Shown piece by piece: positions 46,918 to 52,994 of a stretch of DNA of 52,994 nucleotides. The notes under the pieces were generated by a model. That model was not told where the DNA came from, made no database searches, and saw only the letters and a program-made list of their open reading frames with translations. This stretch comes from a virus (Duplodnaviria; Caudoviricetes): positions 1 through 52,994 of the IMG/VR virus record IMGVR_UViG_3300035703_000126. The stretch is one strand, 5' to 3'. Position numbers and translations under genes: made by a program. The first letter of the stretch is position 1. Each line of letters begins with the position of its first letter.

Positions 46918-47102
46918 GATTCGTCACTCCCTTTGAGTTTGTGCGCTACGGCATGGTACTCATTAACGATCTGGTCCAACTGTTCATACACATTGGCCGA
47001 CCAGATCAACACGCAACTGCAATCCGGATGCCTCGCACACTCAGCACGCACAAGTTGCCCCGCAATGATTGCATTAACAATCTGCTCTCCAACGGATGGC
47101 AT
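46899..47102 (-). CDS. hypothetical protein
   Basis: Short ORF in the leftward operon; lower GC than neighbours. Confidence 0.5.
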   Translation of the reverse strand: MPSVGEQIVNAIIAGQLVRAECARHPDCSCVLIWSANVYEQLDQIVNEYHAVAHKLKGSDESCDGSV

Positions 47103-47159
47103 GTCATTGCCCTTCCCTCACACTATCCGCCCGTAAATCCGGCTCCGGATATCGTCTAG

Positions 47160-47540
47160 TTAGGTAAACCGAAAAAACTCCAGCACATAGCCAGCTTCCG
47201 CCTGCTCTTCTTGTTTGGCGTACTTGCCGCTTTTGAGCTTCCTCAGATACACGACGGACGGACTCTCTGCTTTCCAGAAAGGAGCTACAACCCGCAGTAG
47301 CTTTACTGTTTCATCGCCGTCGGAAAACTCCAAAATGCCTTCTCTCGTGTCCCACTCGTCACCAAATTTCTCTTCGAGCTTATCCTGAAAAAGCGCAACT
47401 GTTGCAATTTCCCATTTTTTCCTACGCACCTCAGCTTCGATAGCAGCCTCTACGGCGGCGTCGCGAAGCCGTTCCACGAGCTGTTCGTCTACCTCGAAAC
47501 TGACTCCACGCATGCTATACACGCTTCGTTTTTTGTTCAC
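47160..47540 (-). CDS. cassette-borne hypothetical protein
   Basis: Its stop TAA is the TTA of the cassette core site; lower GC. Confidence 0.7.
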   Translation of the reverse strand: MNKKRSVYSMRGVSFEVDEQLVERLRDAAVEAAIEAEVRRKKWEIATVALFQDKLEEKFGDEWDTREGILEFSDGDETVKLLRVVAPFWKAESPSVVYLRKLKSGKYAKQEEQAEAGYVLEFFRFT

Positions 47541-47628
47541 GGCACGCCTAACTAACGGTTGCAGCCGAGCCGCCTCATAGCTGCATGTGAGTCAAAGCCG
47601 TGGGCGGCGGCACAGCTGAACCTGGGCG
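47160..47628 (+). mobile_element. integron-type gene cassette (469 bp) with antisense ORF
   Basis: Starts at G^TTAGGT (47159-47165) and ends in an attC whose R'' (GCCTAAC) complements that core. Confidence 0.8.
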
Positions 47629-47634
47629 TTCACA
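47546..47634 (+). repeat. attC recombination site
   Basis: R'' GCCTAAC, 5 nt, L'' GTTGCAGC, GCCGCC/GGCGGC stem, L' GCTGAAC, 6 nt, GTT; one extra base in L''. Confidence 0.85.
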
Positions 47635-48142
47635 GAATCCACGGCGCCACGGTCACGTTCGGCAGGCGAGCCAGATCGCCAGGCGTCGTCTCCGCTGGAA
47701 CACCGAACTTCGGAACTCCGACCAGCATCAACGCGAACGCTGCCAGCTCCGAACAGAACCACCGCTCGGCGTGCAGGTCAGTTTTCAACTTCCACGCCCG
47801 GCTGATCCGACGCCACACCCACGAAAACGATCGCACGAACTGACGCGGCGAAGCGTACTCCTCACCGATCCGATGCAGCAGGAACCGCTTGATCTCCTGC
47901 CGCTGCTCGCCATCCAGCCCGTCCACCCGCCCGATCGCACAGTGACCGCGCCACTGCTGCCAGACATACGGCCGAACGATCCGCACGCCCTTGCCTTCGA
48001 GCGCCTCCACGATCCACAACTGGCCCTCGACCTCGACGAACACGCCGACGTGCGACCACTCCGACCCCGACCGCAGCCGGATCAGCCGCGACCACAGCCG
48101 CCTTCCGCTGAACAACGCCAGATCGCCCGTCCGTGGCTCCAT
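47630..48142 (-). CDS. permuted NlpC/P60 papain-like amidase (YiiX/YebB-like)
   Basis: GDLALFSG, WSHVGV, FCSEL and TPGDL. Confidence 0.85.
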   Translation of the reverse strand: MEPRTGDLALFSGRRLWSRLIRLRSGSEWSHVGVFVEVEGQLWIVEALEGKGVRIVRPYVWQQWRGHCAIGRVDGLDGEQRQEIKRFLLHRIGEEYASPRQFVRSFSWVWRRISRAWKLKTDLHAERWFCSELAAFALMLVGVPKFGVPAETTPGDLARLPNVTVAPWIL

Positions 48143-48157
48143 TGGTCTGCTCCGTCG

Positions 48158-48529
48158 TTATCGAAACCGCTGGTTCAACTCTTCTATGCGAGCACGCAGA
48201 TGCTGCACGTCGCCGATGATCGTGTTGATTGCGGCCACCACATCACTGCATAGCTGCGCCGGGACAGCATCATTTGGTCCGTCGGCGGCTGTCTTAGCTG
48301 GAACCAGAAATGGCCCCAACAGAAACATCAGATCGCTGAGAGCATTGTGTGCCGCGCCAACGCAGTCGTGGGCTACAGCCAGTCGGTCTTCGATCGACGT
48401 GATTTCTCGCCCGGTGGCGACCGCTGGCCCACCATTGCAATGTGCGTTCATTCGCGCAAGCCCCTCTTCGCCTCGATCCGAGAACCCAACACTCATTCCG
48501 CCCATACGAACCATTTCAACCTGATTCAC
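48158..48529 (-). CDS. hypothetical protein flanked by 10-bp direct repeats
   Basis: TCCGTCGTTA at 48151-48160 and 48555-48564. Confidence 0.6.
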   Translation of the reverse strand: MNQVEMVRMGGMSVGFSDRGEEGLARMNAHCNGGPAVATGREITSIEDRLAVAHDCVGAAHNALSDLMFLLGPFLVPAKTAADGPNDAVPAQLCSDVVAAINTIIGDVQHLRARIEELNQRFR

Positions 48530-48561
48530 TCTGCATCCCCTTTGATAAAAGACATCCGTCG

Positions 48562-49380
48562 TTACCTCTTAACCTTCGGCAGCGGCTGTGCCTGCTTTGC
48601 CGCCCGGATCGCATACGCCCGGTGAAACCGGATCGTCCGCTCCAGGTGGCCCGATCGCAGCAACGCACGGCCGCTTGAACCCCACCTCACGCCCCACGAA
48701 TTGGACATCGTGAAGGCCAGTTCGCCGTCCGCCCACGCCAGCCCGTCCGCCAGAACCGCGTGATTCCCGGCTCCGTTGTCGATCCCCGCGAAGCCGTTCC
48801 GATCCAGCTTCGAGAACGAATCGCCTACATGCACGGCCAGCACCAGATCGAAACCCATCGCCAGAGCTGTGAACGCCCCGCGAACGGTCTCGACGGCATA
48901 GCACTCATGCGCCCGGTACAGCTTCGCTTCCCGGTCCGCCTGCTGAACGTCGTACTGGTTGCGGTAAATCTGATGCGGCCTCACCGTTGGCTCCGACGCG
49001 CAGCCGCGATCCATCAACGCTGCCATGCCGCGGTGCAGCGTGGAACCCTCGTCCCGGCCGTCGTTGACCAGCGAGTACAAATACGACCCGGACAGGTCCA
49101 CGCGGTCCTGACCACCGCGAACCCTCGCCCGCGCCAGAGCCATCGCTCCGGCCCAGCCATTACAGGAACCTGCCGCGCCCTGGTCTTTGATCCAGTTGCG
49201 GTCCTCGAACAGCGTGCGGCCGTCGAGCTTCCCGGTTCTGGCGATCTTCTCCAGTGCGCTGTCGGACATCTCCGGCACTGCGAAGACCGGCATCGACAGC
49301 TTCAAGCCCGGTTCCGGCAGCAGAGTCGCCAGCTTGCGCTCCACGCCGTCAATCACAATCACTGGCAGAGACTGAGTCAT
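48562..49380 (-). CDS. papain-family (C1) cysteine peptidase
   Basis: KDQGAAGSC, LSGSYLY, GNHAV and NSWG.RWG. Confidence 0.88.
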   Translation of the reverse strand: MTQSLPVIVIDGVERKLATLLPEPGLKLSMPVFAVPEMSDSALEKIARTGKLDGRTLFEDRNWIKDQGAAGSCNGWAGAMALARARVRGGQDRVDLSGSYLYSLVNDGRDEGSTLHRGMAALMDRGCASEPTVRPHQIYRNQYDVQQADREAKLYRAHECYAVETVRGAFTALAMGFDLVLAVHVGDSFSKLDRNGFAGIDNGAGNHAVLADGLAWADGELAFTMSNSWGVRWGSSGRALLRSGHLERTIRFHRAYAIRAAKQAQPLPKVKR

Positions 49381-49398
49381 GCGACATCCTTAACCTGA

Positions 49399-50196
49399 CT
49401 ACCAATCAACGCACGTTTCGCACATAGGAAGGCCATCATCCACAAACAACCTCATCTGTGCGGCATCCGCTGCAACGAGAGACTCCCAGCTCCAGTGTCT
49501 CCCAAGACCCTTGACTACATTGAGACCGCCGCGTTCGCGTGCGTTCTGCTCCATCTCAACAGCCCTCTGGAAGAGATCGGGGTACTCTCTGGCCAGAGCC
49601 AGCACTTCCGGCTTTCGCATCGCAGGGCAATAAAAGCACGCTGACTTTTCTGGAACATATCCAACAGCACGCACACATGCGGCCTCGCAGTCTTCCTGTC
49701 GCCACTTCCATTCTCTCAACGGGAAGCGGTAGGTGAACTGCGCGTCGTCGGGAATCTTTCCTCGTTTCGTCTCTCCGTAATGAATGCCGATGACTCGCTG
49801 CACGCGCTGTCCGCGTTCCCATGCCGCTTGCGCTGCAGGCCACGCCTTGACCCACTTATCCATCGGGTAGCGTTTCCACTTTTGAGAACAACCGCCGAAC
49901 CCGAACGCCTTGCTGGGCAGCGTACCGTTTGTGTGGCATTCATCTTCCAGGCTTGCGTGCCGGCTGGTGTCGCTGTATCGCACGATGATCAGTTCGGGAA
50001 ACCCGACATCAACACACCACCGCTGCATTCGCTCCAGGTGCCTGTATGTGCCCGGTTTCTCGCCGCCAGTATCGGCAAACAGGATTGCGTCCGGTCGCTC
50101 GCCGCGCTCAAGCATCCCTTGAAGTATTGCAGTGCTGTTTGTCCCGGCGCCGAAGCTGACCACTGACGGGCTATGACCTGGCAGTTCCGTTGCCAT
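49399..50196 (-). CDS. PAPS-reductase-like PP-loop protein
   Basis: VVSFGAGTNST, FADTGGE, CSQKWK..P, FPL and KSACFYCP. Confidence 0.8.
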   Translation of the reverse strand: MATELPGHSPSVVSFGAGTNSTAILQGMLERGERPDAILFADTGGEKPGTYRHLERMQRWCVDVGFPELIIVRYSDTSRHASLEDECHTNGTLPSKAFGFGGCSQKWKRYPMDKWVKAWPAAQAAWERGQRVQRVIGIHYGETKRGKIPDDAQFTYRFPLREWKWRQEDCEAACVRAVGYVPEKSACFYCPAMRKPEVLALAREYPDLFQRAVEMEQNARERGGLNVVKGLGRHWSWESLVAADAAQMRLFVDDGLPMCETCVDW

Positions 50197-50218
50197 TGCT
50201 TACTCCTGAGTTCTCTGG

Positions 50219-50545
50219 CTATTCCAACTCGCTCACGGCTGCGAATATCGCCGCTGCCGTTCCCGCTTTCTCAGTCGCTCCATGCACTTTGAGTCTGTGA
50301 ATCAATTCCCTCAGGTTTACAGGAACAACTTCCGGGCGATGCACCAACTCCAACTGCCTGGCGTAAACCTCGTATGACGGGTCCACCTGCAAACGTCCGT
50401 TAATCATTCGCTCAACAGCAACAAGTACACTGCTTCCGACCTGGTCCTGCCTGACGACACCTTCGACGCCCTCCAGAAACCCTCCGCCTGAAAAACTCTG
50501 CAACGACCATACCCTGACAATGTCGCCAGCTTTGTATTCACACAT
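50219..50545 (-). CDS. hypothetical protein (SH3/KOW-like start)
   Basis: YKAGDIVRV; GAGG RBS. Confidence 0.6.
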   Translation of the reverse strand: MCEYKAGDIVRVWSLQSFSGGGFLEGVEGVVRQDQVGSSVLVAVERMINGRLQVDPSYEVYARQLELVHRPEVVPVNLRELIHRLKVHGATEKAGTAAAIFAAVSELE

Positions 50546-50566
50546 GCGTTGCCTCGCTTTTCGTCG

Positions 50567-50977
50567 TCACTTCCCGATCACCGCAGAGACTCCGGCCGTC
50601 GTGTCCGGCAGCCGAACTGCTTTTGCCACTCGAACGCCATCGCCGTCCGGGACCAGCACCAGTAATGCCGGTCGAATCTCGCCAGCCGCAGCGACGTAGC
50701 CCGCGTCGATCGCGGACTGGTCGTCGTCGTCGAGGATGCGCCAGTCGATGCCGCGCTGCTTCAGCGACTGCCAGAACCGGAGGTCGGACAGAACAGCCGC
50801 TCGCGCCGGATCGTGCTGCCGGGAATCGGACTCTTCGATCACGACCACCAGAGCGGCGTCGATCACCGGTGCTGGCGATGGCTCCGGATCAGGCGTCGGT
50901 CCCGGCGGCAGCGGATCAGGCAGGCAGCCCGCCGTCAGCAGCAGGAATGCCAGAAACAATCTGCAAACGTGCGTCAT
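50567..50977 (-). CDS. lipoprotein with Pro-rich linker
   Basis: Lipobox LLLTAGC, PPGPTPDPEP linker, then a globular domain. Confidence 0.7.
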   Translation of the reverse strand: MTHVCRLFLAFLLLTAGCLPDPLPPGPTPDPEPSPAPVIDAALVVVIEESDSRQHDPARAAVLSDLRFWQSLKQRGIDWRILDDDDQSAIDAGYVAAAGEIRPALLVLVPDGDGVRVAKAVRLPDTTAGVSAVIGK

Positions 50978-51018
50978 CGCGCGTTCTCCACTTCTCTATG
51001 TGACACATGCGGCGCATC

Positions 51019-51047
51019 AGTATTGTCGCGGTTCTCAAAACTGTCTA
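51019..51047 (-). promoter_or_regulatory. putative leftward sigma70 promoter
   Basis: TAGACA-17 nt-AATACT on -. Confidence 0.45.
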
Positions 51048-51058
51048 GATGCAGCCTC

Positions 51059-51087
51059 TTGATTTTTAATGGATTCCGAAAGATACT
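51059..51087 (+). promoter_or_regulatory. putative rightward sigma70 promoter
   Basis: TTGATT-17 nt-GATACT; back-to-back with the leftward promoter. Confidence 0.5.
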
Positions 51088-51110
51088 GACGCCCGCAGGA
51101 GGAAAGATCA

Positions 51111-51302
51111 ATGGAACTGAGTAAGCTGAAATCGCTGCGGCAAGTGGCGAAAGAGATGGAATTGAGCGACTCGCGAATCAGCCAGCTTTGCAAAGAAGCG
51201 GGAGTGGAAGGCCGGCGTGTGGGAACGGCGCGTTTGCTGTCTCCGAAGGAAGTCGAGACACTGAAAAGCGTTGCGCGTCGTCCGTATCAGAAGGCGAACT
51301 GA
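51111..51302 (+). CDS. small helix-turn-helix DNA-binding protein (Xis/Cro-like)
   Basis: SLRQVAKEMELSDSRISQLC...GRRVGTARLL; AGGAGG RBS. Confidence 0.8.
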   Translation: MELSKLKSLRQVAKEMELSDSRISQLCKEAGVEGRRVGTARLLSPKEVETLKSVARRPYQKAN

Positions 51303-51469
51303 CTTCAATCCATTTTTGGAATTTTCAGCATTGCTGGCTTGTCTAAAACTTCGGACTCGATTAGAAACTAAGCCCGTCAGGCATGGGACTGACGCGGGAG
51401 ACGAACGCAAGTCTCCTGCATGAGGCAGTTGAGCCAGTCACGGGCGCGTGACTGGAACGGAACGAGGAC

Positions 51470-51586
51470 ATGAGCTTCGACGCCTACGGCCTGCTTCTGC
51501 TGGGCCTGCTCATCGTCAGTGGCGTGGCGGCGGCCTACGTCGTGTCGCGCCCGCAGCAGTTCTCAGACACCGGGAGCGAATCATGA
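51470..51586 (+). CDS. 38-aa single-pass membrane peptide
   Basis: Read by hand: MSFDAYGLLLLGLLIVSGVAAAYVVSR...; GAGGA RBS; ATGA coupling. Confidence 0.55.
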   Translation: MSFDAYGLLLLGLLIVSGVAAAYVVSRPQQFSDTGSES

Positions 51587-52095
51587 GCGACCGATTCTCT
51601 ATTCGCTGGATGGTCCGCAAAGACATGGACCAGGTTGTTCAGATCGAGCGGCTTTGCTTTGGTCAGCACGCATGGACCACGGAAGACTTCTTTGACGCAC
51701 TGCGTAACCGCCGCGTCATTAGTCATGTGGCGACGCTCGCCGGCGAGTCGGACCGCGTCATCGGCTACGCGATCAAGTTGCTTCGGCCGAAGCGTATCGA
51801 GTTATGGAACATCGCCGTGCATCCGGAGTGGCAGCGGTCGGGCATCGGCACGCTGCTGCTGCATCACGTCGCTCGCGGCGTTGGCGACCACGGCCGAACC
51901 GAGCTGACTGCCCAGGTTCGCGACGGCAACCTGCCGGGCCAGCTCTTTCTGAAACACAACGGGCTGGTCTGCGAGTCGATCGTCCATCGGCCCTACGAGG
52001 CCTGCGACGACGACGGCTATGTGTTCCGGCTGCGCGTCGGCGACCGGAAGCCCGATGAGAATACCTGTGAGAGCGGCCCTGTGAGCCGGGGCTGA
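51583..52095 (+). CDS. RimI-like GNAT acetyltransferase
   Basis: IRWMVRKDM, WTTEDF, NIAVHPEWQRSGIG and VRDGNL. Confidence 0.85.
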   Translation: MSDRFSIRWMVRKDMDQVVQIERLCFGQHAWTTEDFFDALRNRRVISHVATLAGESDRVIGYAIKLLRPKRIELWNIAVHPEWQRSGIGTLLLHHVARGVGDHGRTELTAQVRDGNLPGQLFLKHNGLVCESIVHRPYEACDDDGYVFRLRVGDRKPDENTCESGPVSRG

Positions 52096-52168
52096 GCGTC
52101 ACAAATGAACTGCGGAGAGGCTCCCGGCAGCGGTAAATGGGGAGCTTGACCCGGTGAGAGACCGGGGT

Positions 52169-52261
52169 TGCTCGTGGGCCAACGGTGGCGGCGAGGCACA
52201 AGCCGACGAATGAGCGGTGGTGAATTGCCTGGCGTGCCCGGTTCGATTCCGGGGCGAGCAA
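52169..52261 (+). ncRNA. tRNA-like RNA with a 27-nt anticodon loop
   Basis: Acceptor TGCTCGT/GCGAGCA; T-arm CCCGG-TTCGATT-CCGGG; D stem GCCA/TGGC; anticodon stem AGGCA/TGCCT. Confidence 0.55.
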
Positions 52262-52349
52262 GTTCGACTCTGCGTCAGTGATTCAAACGGCCGGATTTCT
52301 GACGGCCGGTGTGTTGCCGGTGCTTCGCGGCCGGAGTCGATGTTTACAA

Positions 52350-52422
52350 CGGGCTGTAGTTCAGGTGGAGCAGAACATGACCAGACGTGGTCAAGGCGTG
52401 CGTTCGAGTCGCACCAGTCCGG
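52350..52422 (+). ncRNA. tRNA-like RNA with a 6-nt (or 4-nt) anticodon loop
   Basis: Acceptor CGGGCTG/CAGTCCG; TA; D-arm GTTC..GAAC; TGACC-AGACGT-GGTCA; T-arm GTGCG-TTCGAGT-CGCAC. Confidence 0.75.
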
Positions 52423-52613
52423 TTTCACACAAAGAGCGGCGGCGTTTGAGAACTCTGGATCGCCAGATCGGGCAGTTGGACAGGCAGCTTCAATCTGCTT
52501 TCTGGCCCGGATACTTCAACAGGGCAACCATTGAAAAACGCCAGCGGCTGGATGCAGAGCGTAAGGCATTGCGGATCGCCATCAAGCGACCGGTGGTTCT
52601 GGAGACTCAGTAG
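52377..52613 (+). CDS. small basic coiled-coil protein; start uncertain
   Basis: The best ATG lies inside the tRNA-like element, with GGAG supplied by its D-loop. Confidence 0.45.
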   Translation: MTRRGQGVRSSRTSPVSHKERRRLRTLDRQIGQLDRQLQSAFWPGYFNRATIEKRQRLDAERKALRIAIKRPVVLETQ

Positions 52614-52632
52614 CAAACAAGGAGCGAGGTTT

Positions 52633-52994
52633 ATGCTGGAGCAGTTTGACACATTAATTAAGCAGCGTGCGGAATTGAAGAAATGGTGGACGCTCCGCAG
52701 CACTGTGGCAGCATACGATCAGAAGCGACATAAACTACGTGTTGATGTTGCTGCGCCAACGATGGTCGCTTTCTGCGGTCAGGCGTACGCCGGAGCAACC
52801 AATTATCACGACGCGCCGAAGTGGTTTATCAGTGCCATCAGAGCGGAAATGCAAAACGAGGCAGATCGAATCACCGAGCAGGCGTATCACGCAGAGATGG
52901 CGCGGTTGAATTCGGAAATACAGAAGCATCACGATGTCGTGATGCAGGCTTTAAGGGAAGTAGACAAGGAGGTTGAAGATGCTTGTGTTGTCAC
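52633..52994 (+). CDS. hypothetical protein, 3'-truncated
   Basis: AAGGAG..GAGG RBS; frame open to the window end. Confidence 0.6.
   Translation, partial: MLEQFDTLIKQRAELKKWWTLRSTVAAYDQKRHKLRVDVAAPTMVAFCGQAYAGATNYHDAPKWFISAIRAEMQNEADRITEQAYHAEMARLNSEIQKHHDVVMQALREVDKEVEDACVV
52979..52994 (+). CDS. probable start of a CsrA-like regulator (MLVLS...)
   Basis: AAGGAGG RBS then ATG CTT GTG TTG TCA C; only five codons visible. Confidence 0.35.

Noticed and set aside
49399-50196. QueC or DndC (phosphorothioation) assignment
   Set aside because: It has SFGAGTNS rather than SGGxDS, and no que or dnd partner genes are present; only the broad PP-loop family call is supported.
52350-52422. Calling this a functional tRNA (GAC or ACG anticodon)
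   Set aside because: The loop is 6 nt and lacks U33, so no anticodon can be assigned.

Overview
The window is most of a ~53 kb+ tailed dsDNA phage (or prophage) genome with podovirus-like architecture, cut mid-gene at both ends. The host is probably Planctomycetota; this is an inference from the RimI-like gene, secreted and lipoprotein genes, and a likely CsrA start at the right edge. Layout: (1-4.8 kb, +) small accessory genes including a TGT/DpdA-like enzyme, a DUF550 nucleotide pyrophosphohydrolase and SSB. (4.9-9.3 kb, -) an array of small early genes joined by repeated linker motifs. (9.3-10.7 kb) a non-coding divergence. (10.7-43.8 kb, +) a tandem-OB SSB-like protein, terminase, portal, scaffold, capsid, two adaptors, a GT2 glycosyltransferase, nozzle, tail fibre and ejection proteins ending in a 3116-aa polyvalent protein. 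(44-45.9 kb, +) PAS-TM protein, serine recombinase, SNase-like nuclease. (46-51 kb, -) a holin/lipoprotein/cysteine-protease module interleaved with inserted genes. (51-53 kb, +) HTH, GNAT and a cluster of tRNA-shaped RNAs. Main surprises: a complete integron-type gene cassette (canonical attC, antisense ORF, no integrase in the window); two tRNA-shaped RNAs with non-canonical anticodon arms; FtsK-gamma and sigma70-region-2-like domains inside the giant ejection protein; and mirror-matched repeat expansion in another ejection protein. All protein family calls come from motif recognition by eye; no searches were run.
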